From: Bigelowiella natans CCMP2755
Lineage: Eukaryota; Protista; Cercozoa
Assembly (NCBI GenBank): GCA_000320545.1
Contig: ADNK01000136.1
Location: 62,001-126,000, forward strand
Length of the DNA: 64,000 nucleotides
Reading direction: 5' to 3'
Shown: piece by piece, positions 51,519 to 64,000 of the stretch
Layout of the letters: each line of letters begins with the position of its first letter
Numbering within the stretch: the stretch's first letter is position 1
The notes under the pieces: generated by a model
What the model saw: only the letters and a program-made list of their open reading frames with translations
Databases searched by the model: none
Told to the model about the DNA's origin: nothing
Program-made: the position numbers and the translations under genes

Positions 51519-53614
51519 ATATATAATTAGTCCATGATCACTAGTGCCCCCCCCCCGATGAATAATACCATTAATTCCAAAGCGCTGAATCATCGTTCCA
51601 ATTTCAACCAAACATTCCGACTGTACTCTCTTTGATTTGCTTTCCATTGCATCTAATCAGTAATTTATTGGTAACGTTATAATATCTATGATGAAATAAA
51701 TTATCACATCTCTGTCCTACTCACCAGATATCAAAAGATATTAGAAACACTCTTATTCATGATCTTTTACATAAATATTGTACACCATTCCATGACTACT
51801 TATACCAAGCTCATGAGCAGCAAGGTTTACTAATACTACCTGTGAGTTCTTGAAGGATGCGGGACGCCGGATAAATATTGCACAATTTCTGGTTTGAGGA
51901 GGCGGGTAAAGAGAGAAATTATCGATACAATTGAATGACGTTTGCTCCATCGTTAATAATGATGGTTGTTATAAGCACGATGATAGCAGCAGCAGCAGCA
52001 GCAGAAGCAGCAGAAACCTGCACGATTTCATGGCAAGCTTCTCGCATAGGTGCCATAGAATGGCCAGATACCTAAAGCAGCAGCAGCAGCAGCAGCAGTA
52101 GCAGGAAAAAGGAGGGATAAAATAATGTAAAGTGGGGCTTATTATTCTCCTTCTTGTAGTAGTACTGCGTAGGTACACAGTACAGTGTGCTATTATACTA
52201 CTCTCTACATAAATACTTCCCGACCGGCCACCTCTTCTAATCGACAACTTTAAAAAAGAGAAGTAAATCCTTACATTTGTTTACTATTTTAATAACCTTT
52301 TCGAGGAGGTAAGGCAGTAAATTCTTCGCTTCTCCCTCGAGCATTTCATACTCATTTGTATCCTAAATTGATTGATTTATTTCACCACAACATAGATTAT
52401 ATATATTATGGACTGCATAATCAATAAACAATGATCATCATCCTATTGGATCTCAGAAAAACAACGGGGAAAGAAAAAGGTGGTATTGCGGAGATGATAT
52501 TAATGATGGTAATAGAAACTTATTACGAGAGCTGAAGTAAGAGTTTGCAGGAACTTTAGCAACGTCTTGACAACCTTACGAATAATTAAATTAACAAAAT
52601 TTCGATTAATATTGAATAATGAAGATGCTGGTGAGAGCATTGTTATTGTGCTTCTGGTTTCACTTTGATGATCGATCACAAGGTTAATACACCTCCTCCT
52701 CCTCTTCATCATCATCATCATCGCCACACACACCTTGGTGTTGAGCTTTCCATCGCATAGGCGGAACGATACCCATTTTAGTAACAAATCAAGAATTCCG
52801 ACCACTCGATCATAAACCTGTAATTCAAGAACAATGATGATGATGACGATGATACATAAGGGCCAAGAAATGCTGGTGTTCAATATGTTGAAGGCATTGC
52901 ATTTATAAGACAACTATGCCACCTTTGGTTCAGCCTCGTTTAAAGCCCTTTCAATAACATTGATAGCTTTCGAGAACTCGACGAAATTCTACACAAATAT
53001 GAAAGATATTTATTTTAGAGAAGTGTGCGCGATACAGAATGTGCATATACTACGAGTGCAATTTACAGCCCTTGTGTTACTCTTTCTTCCTCCTAACTAC
53101 GCTGGTAAGTGCCCTCTTCCAACAATACAATCTTCTCATCCACCAACCCATTCATCTGTGCATCATCATATTCATTATTACTAATACTACAACAACTACT
53201 TTGTGCATCAACTGCTTGTGGAAGTCGGGCTTTGTGAATCTATACGAAGGAGGAAGAGGAGGAGGATGAGGAGGAAAGAGGAGCATCGTTCGTGAGTAAG
53301 AACCAAGTTCCATTATCACACCACTTCTTATATTATCTTTTATTCTCAAACCCTTCTGCCCTTACACTGCTTTTATGTCGTCACAGGCACAATTATTGAA
53401 AATTTAGGAGGTATATTTCCTGCAACTTTTACTATTATAATACTGTGTACTACTAGTCACAACAACAACGCTGCTACTAACAATTGTGCTACAACTTTGC
53501 AAGGCTCTCCTTCAGGTCTTCGATTTCGTTCCGATCAAGCTCGTTTTGGCCCTAAAAAGAGACAGAGACAGAGGCAGTTGTTGTAGTGTATCAACGGATC
53601 AAGTAGTGAGGACT

Positions 53615-53651
<37 letters not shown>

Positions 53652-54460
53652 GCTACTATTACTACTACTATTACTACTAGTAACTAGCAAGTTGATCGAG
53701 CACCTTCATTCTTCTTGCATCCTTCTTAGCTCTTTTCTCTTTTTCACGTTGACTACATTTCATTATCAAGTCGAGTAGCTCCATGCTACCACCACCACCA
53801 GCAGCAGCGGCACCTGTATTTTGATGTAGTGTTATGCTTTCTTCTTATGTGATGATAATAATAATAACAACAGCAGCAGACGTAGTAAACATAATAAGAC
53901 CTTTCCTTCCTGCTGTTGCGGCTCCTCCTCCTCCTTTCTTAGATTTAGCCTTTCCTGCAGCAGGAGATCTGGTTCTGCGCGAGGATGATGAGGATTTCTT
54001 CGTGGGTGTGCCCGTGGTCTCCTTCGAAGTGCTCGAAGCTGCGGTCGCTCCAGTGTTATTGGCATCAGACAGGAGATCTGAGTTGCAACATGGTATTCAT
54101 ACCAATTATAAGATAATAATATGTCTCCTCAACTGTGTGTTTTGGGAGATGATTTGTTATTATAACACTATTACTACACCAGTGGATGTAAGGTATCCAG
54201 GCATCATTCACATCATTCACATCATCTCATATTTGTTATTGATTACCTCCAGTACGGTATTTTCCCAAGATTGGCTCCAAGGATAGTTTTTCAGCCTGTG
54301 TAAATTAATACATCAATTGCTCTCACTATATTGTTGCTTCAATATGCCTCCCCCCCCCCCCTCCCCCCTTCAATCCACCATGCAAGAAAGTAGTCCGTGG
54401 TGAAAAAGGATGTGCATATAACATATATCTTATCATTATGTGTGCTGAGTTGCCATATTA

Positions 54461-54507
<47 letters not shown>

Positions 54508-54575
54508 CCTTTTTGAAGTTTGTAAGTTTTCCATTAACGTACTTAAATCCTGATAGTAGCCGGAAACAATAATGT

Positions 54576-54607
<32 letters not shown>

Positions 54608-56869
54608 TAGGAAACATATCGGGAAAACAGCAAGCACAATTTGTCCATTTGTCCTCCTTTCTCTTGCAACTATATAATTAACATCAACGCAACACCGCCT
54701 ACCCATAACTTCCACACAGCACTTCAAGGTCACTTCAGACAGGGAGCGAACCTATGAAAGATGTGTTATTCATGTGTGTGTGTGTGTGTGTGCGCGCGCG
54801 CGCGTGTATGTGTGTATATGTGTAGACTACAGCAAAGTAGAAATACACACATCACAGATGAGGACGGTTATCGTTATTCAATAAAACTGACGCAAGTAAA
54901 GAGAATGAAAAAGGCATGCATTTTTACTTCTCCAATTCGGTCGAGGCAACATTTCAAGATTGGCATAACCTGATGCGATTTAGAAATTACCGATGATTGA
55001 TCAACAATTAACAAACGACATCATATGGTTGTTTTGATCATCGTCTAATTTGGAAAGGGAAATTAGAATGGATTGAGTGAGAAGGAGGGGTGCACTAATA
55101 AGATAGGCAGAGGGAGGTAGAGGGGAGGGGGACTGAAGAGAAGAAATTCAGGCGAAGAACGCGAAGATACTAAAGCATACTGCAACACGAATCTCCATCT
55201 ACCAATTCCTTCATCTCAGATTTCTTCAACTTTTCTTTTTCCAAAACCTTGCGATTATTTACAATAGTGAATTGAAAGAACAACAAACTTTGATAATAAA
55301 TGATAAAATCAGTAAGGTTAATAACAGTAACAACAAAGAATCATTATTGAGTACCGGGTTTAGAGCACTTAATATGTCTTTACGTGCATTTGTTTGTTCC
55401 AACCCTGAGAGCAGCAGTAGTACACACATATCAATAATGATATTCTCCATTGTGTTATTGTTGTTATTATTATTGTTGTTATCATTATTACCCTTTGGGA
55501 TGTATGGAACCAATTTTGCGAGGCCCGCAGCTTTGATGCATGTAATGAGAGTTCGGATCGCTTCTTCACGTATTTGCTACAGCAATAATGATAAATCGTT
55601 AAGAGGACGACTTCACTCAAGATATTATGCAAACTGCACTGTCCAACACATTTCATGCAGCCATACATTAATTCAGAGATACTATCGACAAATGATGTTG
55701 GCCATCACCATCATCATCATCATCATCATCATCATGATCGAATTTTCCCCAACAACGTACCTGCTTTCTATCGGCAAAGCAATTCAGAATAGCCTCCATA
55801 ACAACCTTAAAACAATACGCATACACGAAGAAGAGTCGGTGAATCGTGAGGATATATTAGGCAGAGATTCTCATGTTTGACTATCATGTTGGGGAGATAC
55901 ATAGCAAAAAAAAACATTTGCACATTATGTACAATATAAGTTGGAATAGTTAATTAATTAAAAGTGCAGCAGCAGCAGCAGCCGTACCCCAATGTATTTC
56001 CCGCTTCCGGATCCCATAGCTTCGACAACCAAACCGATCAATTTCAAAGCTTGGATTATCAAGTTCTTATTCTTGTCTGACAGCCGCAATTTGAGTGCAC
56101 TAAAAACCGTTAGTTATGCAACACGAGGAACAAATCGTTATCTTCTTGTCACAGAATAATTACAACTCATATCTGCTGTATACACAGAAGAGGAAGAAGA
56201 AGAAGAAGAAGAAGAAGAGCTAGGAAAAGAATGCGGATGATGATGATGTTCCCGACCTAAATGCTCCTCCATCTTTACCCTTAATGCGGCAGTTTGCCCC
56301 TTTAACAATGCTTTCGATCTCTTCCATTGCCTGCGAAAATAGTTTATTATCCACAGATTACGATTTTTAGATAATTGTGCTGCTTTCTCTGCAACAAAGA
56401 ATTCCTTGTGGTAATTTTTGTTTTACTACCGCCCTGCACCAAGTAAATAGTACCTCATACATGTAGCAATCATACCAATCAAGTGCATGCACAAAATCAT
56501 ATAAACTATAACTTTGCAACAATATGTGCTACTGCTGCTGCTGCTTCACACCTCTTTCCTCAATTGCCATTTCTTGTCACCGAGCTTGGACAAAATACCA
56601 TCGTGAACTTGTCCTTTGAATATGCATTTTTTCAAAAAAATCGTGATGTTTGAATTGAAGGTGCATCATCACCTGATATGTCAACTCTTGGAACAATGTC
56701 GTCCATTTTTACCTGAGCAGCAGGAAATTACATCGACATATGTGAGAACACGCAACAAGTTTCATTTTGCTTTGCAACATATTTTGTACTACTACCGACC
56801 TCCTTTGAAACCTTTTGACCCTTGACTGCCCTTGTTGCGTCAATTTTGCCAAGTTCTGACTCAGGAATC

Positions 56870-56900
<31 letters not shown>

Positions 56901-57301
56901 ATGGTGGTGTGCGTTGCAGGTAATGATAATAGACTTGGGTGGAGAGTATCAATTATTACTACTAGTAGTAGAATATACTATACTTATTGACTAGCTACTA
57001 AAACCACCTTCTCAAACTGTTTCCTTATCTCAGCGACTTGAGAAGACTTCAATCCTTCAATCATCTTATCGACCAGTACCTACAAGATTATCCACAACAA
57101 GTCCAAATACAGTTTTCCTCATCTTATAATGAATATACGTGAGTAAGTGTTGTTGTTGGTGGTGGTGATGATGATGACGGATATACATTACCTTTCCGGT
57201 TTGCTTGTAGATTTCGACTAGAATATTTGTTGCGTTAGCTCGTACATCCTTATGCATATGGCCCAACCATTCCTTCGCATACGCTAAAAAAGTGCAGTAG
57301 G

Positions 57302-57334
<33 letters not shown>

Positions 57335-57879
57335 TGTATCACCAAAGGCAATGTCACGGGATGTAGAAGCAGCAGCTAAAATACGACACACTTTAGGGTA
57401 AATTACCTATTACAACTTGAACGTCTGTTGCACCTAGGATGATAATATTGACAACAATGATTTGGTAACGTGAGGAGCAGTACCATGATAATTGTTCCAT
57501 ATTCAGCCGTGAATATGATGATATAATTTCCATCACATATTGAAACACCTCCTCCTCCTCCTCCTCCTCCTCCTCCTCCTCCATTGCAACAAAATTGAAC
57601 GACCAAAAAGAAACGGTGACGGAGACTACTGTACTGTATGAATGACTGGTACAAAGTAGTAGTCCCTAAGGCCGCCACACAGACACCTACTACCACTACT
57701 ACTACCTGCACCAAATTCTTGGATGCTTGTTAGAACCCAGCCAATATATGCTGCAATGGCTTTGGGATTGCGAACCTTGCATCATTTGTTGGAGAAAGCA
57801 GGAATGGGTGTTGTAAGAGGAATATATATCGCTATCAGAAATGCAATTTTTTAGTTTTCTAGTACTAGAGATACAAATG

Positions 57880-57916
<37 letters not shown>

Positions 57917-58347
57917 CATATACAATAATGATATGTTTACACACACGTGTAAATTATGTGCGTGTGTATGTCTCAACTACAAAATTTAGCTCTACTTTTT
58001 TCAGCTTCTCTTTGCAAATAGGAAACAAGAACTTGAGGCCGTTTGCCTCTGAAGAAATCGAGAAAAACAATATTATTTTATATGGTTTATAATAACGATT
58101 CGCAATTAGATTATTAATACGATTCTAATCAACTAAAAACAGCAACAGCAAGCACCACAACAAACTCAAGAGCCTACAAACTGTAACCTGAGCAAGTGGT
58201 GAGATACTCCCGACACATAGGTTCAACTTTTCGATCGCTCATTTTGTTCAACAGATCTATCATTGAACAATTGCCAACATTAATAAACGGATGATTACAC
58301 CTGGCTCACATTTGTTTCTTGTGCATATTTACCAATACTATTACTAA

Positions 58348-58384
<37 letters not shown>

Positions 58385-59013
58385 AAATATTTCCAACTAT
58401 TTTTACGTGAAGAGTCCAATGACTACCTTGAAGAGGAACTGCACAAAGCGACTTTGTTGTTCCTGGTGAGGCCGAAGCAATCTGATGGTATTCACATCAT
58501 GAAAAAAACAAACAAAAACATCATCAGCCAACTGAGTAGTAACACACCAATGCCAAAAAAATATTCATGAGGAGGCTGATAACATTCACCCTTACTACTA
58601 CTTCTACTATTACTACCACCACCATTCTCTACAACGAATTATTTTAGCACTTTATTTACCAGTAGTTTAGAAGCCTCAAAAACCTTCGAGCAAACTTGAA
58701 AGTTGACATCTTTCCAGCCTGCAAAGATAATGATGATTCATACGATGCAGCTGTTACTCAAAATCTTGTACTACTGCTGCTGCTACTACTAGACATAGCA
58801 ACGAGGCTAGTTATTACTTCAAGACGATAATTTAACAATGATACCTGGTGATTTGTTGAACAGGGAGAATATGGGACCCAACATACTCTTAGCCTCCTCT
58901 GCGCCATCACCATTTAAAACTGCGAGAATCTATTGGCGATAATTGAAGTCACAAGCTGCTCAGAAACTCTCTTGTCGACATTCAGGGATCGCACACATAG
59001 CAGCACGAAGAAA

Positions 59014-59086
<73 letters not shown>

Positions 59087-61486
59087 ATCACGTGAAACTA
59101 CCGCATCCATGCCCGCAACCCTTTCTTTCCATTTTTTCGATTGAATGTTCTCAATTATGTCTCCTGGGAAAATGCTTGTAGATAGCTTTTCTTTAGCCTC
59201 TTCTACGTCTATCAACTTGTTGAAATACAAATCTATTAGTGTTACAATGTTGACAACAAGCTTTGATGACAATATCAATTTACAATAATCCTCGGGTCAT
59301 TATATGAGCATCATGTTTGTTTGAAGCAACTAAACCTTGGCTTGAGGTACGGAAGTAGCGGAAGTCACCACCTGCATTAGAATTTGTTGAGATTATGAGA
59401 GGGGTAACAACAGGACAAGTACGACGAGGGTTATTACGTAATTACTTGTCTCTCGATTCTTTTTTACCTTCGATGACTTCGATGATGATCCACTTTTGGT
59501 TGACCCTGTTGGACAGTAGACACAATTGTGTACGAAATTGATGCTGTTTATGTCGACGACGATTGGTGCTAGTGCTAACTAATACAATTTTTACTCTTTC
59601 TTACTCTTTCAACAATTCCAATAGAAATGTTCTATACCGGATTTTTGTTTGGTCCTTAAGCTCCTTTTCGGGCTATTTTTGACGGTTGCTTCTAATTGAC
59701 AGGAAGCAAATAGCGAATGGTTCAAACAGAAGTAAGAAGCTAATCATGTTTGTCGTCATCGGAGGTTAAAGTACTTTTGGATCGAGTTGACGATGCTGTC
59801 TTTGACCCAGGTTCAGCAGCACTCACGGCAGGAGTTGGCACATTGGGTTGCGAATTAGCGTCCGGAGCATTTCCTACTCCATTCGCTTCGTCTTTCATTT
59901 CTGATTACGATCACAACTTTTTTTATTTGACTGTAATCAATATGAAAACTCGAACAACTCCTACTTTTCGCAAGGTCCATAACCATTTTGTGTTTTTTTT
60001 TATCCGCATTTTCTATCTTGGCCATCGTAGGGTACCTAACACATGCGTACGTCCGTGAGTGCGGGAATACATCTCAGAGAAACAAAAAACATATCATATG
60101 TGCGGGAATATATCTCGGACAAACATATCAGCATTCTCCAAGGATAAGTGTTACGAATACATTGCTCTATCCCCGAAGATGAGCAGAAACGTAGCCATGC
60201 ATTCCAACGCTGATTGGCGCACACCCTTGTCACGATCCGAGCTTAACTCCATGCATGATGCTGCAACCAAGGTAAAAAAGAGGTATAATAGTAAGACGGG
60301 TCAATAATAGTGGTGGCTAAGGTATAAAGCTAAATCTATGACATGAAAGTTGTACCTATTAGCGGTTTGAATGCGTTCTTTTTCAAATCGGTGTTATTGC
60401 ATTCCGGATCCCTGGTATGGTTATGTTGGTGGATGGTGGAATCTTTCTACAGCTTGATGCAATTTAGATAATAATTTACCTTATGCATCGAATGCAGAAA
60501 TCCAGTGTGTACTTTCGTACCTGAGGGACCTACCCAACCACATAAAGATTGTAAATTATAGATTTATGACTGTTCAGCCATTTTCAACTACCTTATCCTT
60601 GAATGCTGACTGTACTGGCCCATTCAAATCAGACCAGGACAAACAGTGCTGTGACAACGTACATAAACGGGTAACTCAATAAACCGAACCAACCACATTG
60701 AGTAAAAATCCAAAACCTTAAAAAATGAATCTAAGCATTGATTCAGAGGCACAAGAACGGACGCCTTCTTTTCCTGAAATTTTTTGTCGGCTGAGAAGAA
60801 AAGCGTGAATCACGAAACAGAAAACATTTTTTACCTTAAACCAAGGCAACAGGTTTTCTAATACACTATTCGCCCCCGACTTGAAATCCTTCCTAATTCC
60901 TTTTGCAAGCCCCTCCAAACACTGGAAAGCCAATGCCATTAACCAAATGTGAAAAGATACAAGTTGTTTAGTTGCTACCTTGATTGAAAATGAACGTACG
61001 ATAACGTTGGAATCCTAAGCAGAATGAGCAAGTTCTTGTAGATGAGGTCTGCCTTCATAACATGGTGTGGTCACTGATACTTTTATACCTTTAGTAGCTT
61101 TTTTAGATTCTTTGAGATGTCATGAATCATAGGAACCATCTGCAAAAAAGACGACATTTGCAGGTTTTAATTAAATGTGAATGAAGAAATACATGGAATA
61201 AATTACTTTAATTTTTGGCGCCCCTGCAAGTTTTAGCAATTCTTCCAGCTTTGCTTTTTTGTCCTATTTAGTGCGTAAAACCAGTTAGGATATTGACCAT
61301 AGCACTAACCACTCAAATACACGATTATCTGGTCACGTTCCTCCTTTTAATAATTTCTTAACGAGAATATGAAATTTTATTGCCTTCCACTTAGGTGCCA
61401 TGACTTCCGTCAGCCAATTCTTCGACAACTCCTTGCTGATATCAACAGCCTAAGGAAAATAAAGAAGAACAAAGTGTTTACAGACT

Positions 61487-61544
<58 letters not shown>

Positions 61545-63006
61545 AGGGTGGCGATATTAATGTTTAATTTTTGCATTGTACCTCCATGAAAGAGTAAGGA
61601 TCTTCAGGAGCTGCGGTCTTGCCAGTTCCTGCACCGCCAACAGCCCCAGCAGCCGATCGGTCACCTTTTTTTTGCTCGCTGCGAGTGCCTCTTGTCGGCA
61701 CCGATCCTCCTGGAATCCACACAAATAATTTCAGAGCAGAATTCACATATGTGCATATTTTTTATTTCAATCTTCTATTTGAGAGACCAGGAGATATCTC
61801 TTCGAAAGCTTTAGCAATGGCATCAAGGGTAGCAGACCGCATACCCTTAAAATTCTTAATCTGGAGATTATACGGTTATTCAGGCTTCAACGATGGCTTT
61901 GAACTTATAGTAAGTCGGACCTGTTCATGGAACATCGGACCAATGAAGCCAAACACCTCACAAGCTAGCTGGTGAACGAGCTCCCGTACTTCACCCTATT
62001 CATAACGGGTAACGGGTAACAACTTAAGCGGAAGCTCAGCAGATAGATAAATTGTCAGAGTGTTTCACATAAAGTTCAACCTTCTTATGGTTGAACATGG
62101 ATGGCATGGTCTTCGTGAGCTTGGAGTACTGAACGTGCTTGGGACCAAACTCTTTCATTGCCTTGGAATAGGGATTGATGGTCAAGCAATTCAATTTAAG
62201 TTGTTGTATTTGAATAACCTTGATAGTAATATTGAGAGCAGTAAGGGTGACTTTAAAGTTTGGACTTTTCATTCCTGCAAGGAGTTGAGTAGTTGCTTGC
62301 TCTCCACATCCAAGCTCGAAGTACAGAGAGAAAATTTCTTCGGTGTTCGCCTAATCATTAAATTCAAATTCAGGGACAGATTCAATTGGAAGGTTTTCTG
62401 GCTCGTCCATACCTTCGTCGTTGCTTTGTTTGAGGCGAAGGCTTTTTTGACAAGGTGGGGAAGAACATCGTCCACGCATTTTTTGGCAATTTGAGCTCGG
62501 TCTACAAAAATCTGAAACGAATGGAATTAATTAATGTGCCAACCGTATATCAGAAAGAAAGCCTTGGAACCTTGATAGCTTCTGTTGCCTCTGCTTGTGC
62601 AGCAGGGTTCGTGTCGATTAGCATCTATATTATAAGGATGTCATTGTAACGTAGAGCGTTATATCTGAATAGCGGTGGATACCTTCTTGAAGAAGCCAGT
62701 ATATTTTGAAAAGACACTGCTCTTTTCATCCTCAGCCATCTTAAACTCCTGCGTCAGCTTTTTGTATGCAGAATTTCGGATCTACAGTATTGACACATAT
62801 GTAGAAGTTACAGGATGCGGGGAAAGATCAGAGGTGTAACTTGGAGAGACTGTTGAAAAAAACACCTTCCAATTTTTGCTGATGAGAATCTCCTCGAGTG
62901 GCCCGTTTGCGCCTTCATCAGGCTTCGCTGGTGCAGCGCCAAATGGGTTTGCCGAATCGAGGTTGTACCCTCCACTACCCCCCACTTTTATTGCATCTAC
63001 ATCCAT
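42513..63006 (-). CDS. CKAP5: XMAP215/CKAP5(ch-TOG)/MOR1 TOG-domain microtubule polymerase
   Basis: Dozens of small exons with TOG/HEAT signatures: PLEEILISKNWK|IRNSAY, DTNPAAQAEA, APKWK|DKKAKLEEL, LKKLLKDSNVILMALAFQCLEGLAKGIRKDF, IQSKKWKERVAGM, PGWKDVNFQV, VRNPKAIAAYIGW, LGDKKWQLRKE, LKLRLSDKNKNL, YDRVVGILDLLLKWVSFRLCD, SKSKRVQSECLVEIG; C-terminus GLESIRARLNSMRSRR* with TAA at 42513-42515. Confidence 0.93.
43200..59100. repeat. Dense intronic microsatellites: (TA)n, (CA)n, (GA)n, (ATC)n, (TAG)n, (CAG)n, (AAC)n, (AAT)n, (GGA)n
   Basis: For example (TA)n at ~45958, 48103, 50330 and 51481; (CT/GA)n at ~44963 and 48180; (CA)n(GA)n at 59020-59083. Similar tracts occur in introns at 10441, 13204-13281, 16013, 20100-23460 and 37120-39860. 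Confidence 0.9.
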
Positions 63007-63245
63007 CCTGCTGATTTTTACAAATTCAGAGCCAGCCTCTAACTGTTGAATCCGAAGGTATCACTCCAACGGAAAATAGGGGAGGTGGTGTTGGTTGGTT
63101 TGTGTATTTTGTAGAGAGTTGTTGCCGAGTAGAAGAACGAACTGCTGGGCTATTATGTGTTGTGTAGTTGTTTCCAAAAAGTAGAACCCACACTACGGCA
63201 ATACTACTACTGTTTCTTGACTATCCGCACACAATGACGCGCCGC

Positions 63246-64000
63246 TATCGTCCGACAACATATTTATTGACAAAAAATACCCTGGATGCCAGTACTCCTT
63301 TCAGAAAGGAAAGAAAGGGCCTGCAATCAGCATGTGTATTTTCCACAAAAATGTCGTTATAGTAGTTTTTGGAAAAAATGGCGGGAGCCCGTTGCCTCGC
63401 TCCCGAGAAAGACTGAAAGAACTGATCACCAGGACAATTTGGGCGTTTACACCAGAAACATAGCGAGAAATTATTTTATCAACTTACTTTCTCGTACTTG
63501 GAAAGTAATAAATTATTATTTTAGATCTAGATCTAGATCTACAGGCCTGTACTTGTAGGTTTTTCCCATGCATGGAAATTTCTAAGAACTCTCCGGGTTG
63601 ATCGCAAAAAAACGTCCTAAGAACGTTCTGGGACCAGTCTAGCGAGAACAGAAGGAAATGCACAATATCCAGTCCATTCACAGCTTAAATCTAGGAATTC
63701 TGCAAGCATTACGAAATAACATCCTTAAAAAGTTGCTGATACTCATGGAAAGTGAGCCTGTGTTCTAAGTCCCACAAGTAGATTTATTTATGCAGATGAC
63801 TGCTTTGTTTTACTGTTGTACCGTCTAATAACCCGTCTAATATTCGTTGTCGCTAACAAAAAAAATCATCAAATTCTTTTTCTTACCGAATACGATTTCG
63901 TTTCGTCAAACTGAAGGAGACCAAACTTGGACATTGCTGGGACCTTTCTCAGCAAAAACCAAAAAGCAACAAGACCCTTCCCGCAACTCGCTCACAGGTT
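63246..64000 (-). CDS. Probable 3' exons of an unidentified gene entering from the right edge
   Basis: Possible GT-AG-bounded open segments (KVPAMSKFGLLQFDETKSYS|RQRILDGLLD; WSQNVLRTFFCDQPGEFLEISMHGKNLQ|FFQSFSGARQRAP..); no family recognised. Confidence 0.3.

Noticed and set aside
43200-59100. ORFs with poly-H, Y, I, L, T or CV runs
   Set aside because: Translations of intronic microsatellites.
60510-60530. Possible 9-nt micro-exon VPQ in XMAP215
   Set aside because: The following GTACG is coding (VRKYTLDFCIRCIR), so it is one ordinary exon.

Overview
Gene-dense nuclear DNA from an intron-rich eukaryote, probably a protist; the lineage cannot be fixed from the sequence. Most introns are GT-AG and 55-350 nt, and many carry microsatellites. 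Genes reconstructed by hand, left to right: (1) a giant (>4,200 aa) signal-peptide/Cys-repeat/single-TM protein running off the left edge (-); (2) SNIP1-type FHA protein (+); (3) RluA-type pseudouridine synthase (-); (4) a hypothetical protein with a ZZ-like zinc finger (+); (5) a CAMK/AMPK-like kinase (-); (6) thymidylate kinase (+); (7) an SDMT/DSYE-like SAM methyltransferase (+); (8) a multi-exon coiled-coil/C2-like hypothetical gene (+); (9) a ~20 kb XMAP215/CKAP5/MOR1 gene (-); (10) possibly the 3' end of another gene at the right edge. The most striking signal is non-coding. Five intergenic spacers hold repeat/transposon relics with a sharply bounded mutational signature: TpA is converted to TpG/CpA, CpG is left intact, CTAG is spared or amplified, and 4-bp palindrome-forming insertions occur. 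A hand alignment of two copies of one dispersed repeat shows 9 of 9 TpA sites changed in one copy. This suggests a repeat-targeted A:T->G:C hypermutation process, opposite in direction to fungal RIP. All counts and exon structures are manual and approximate.
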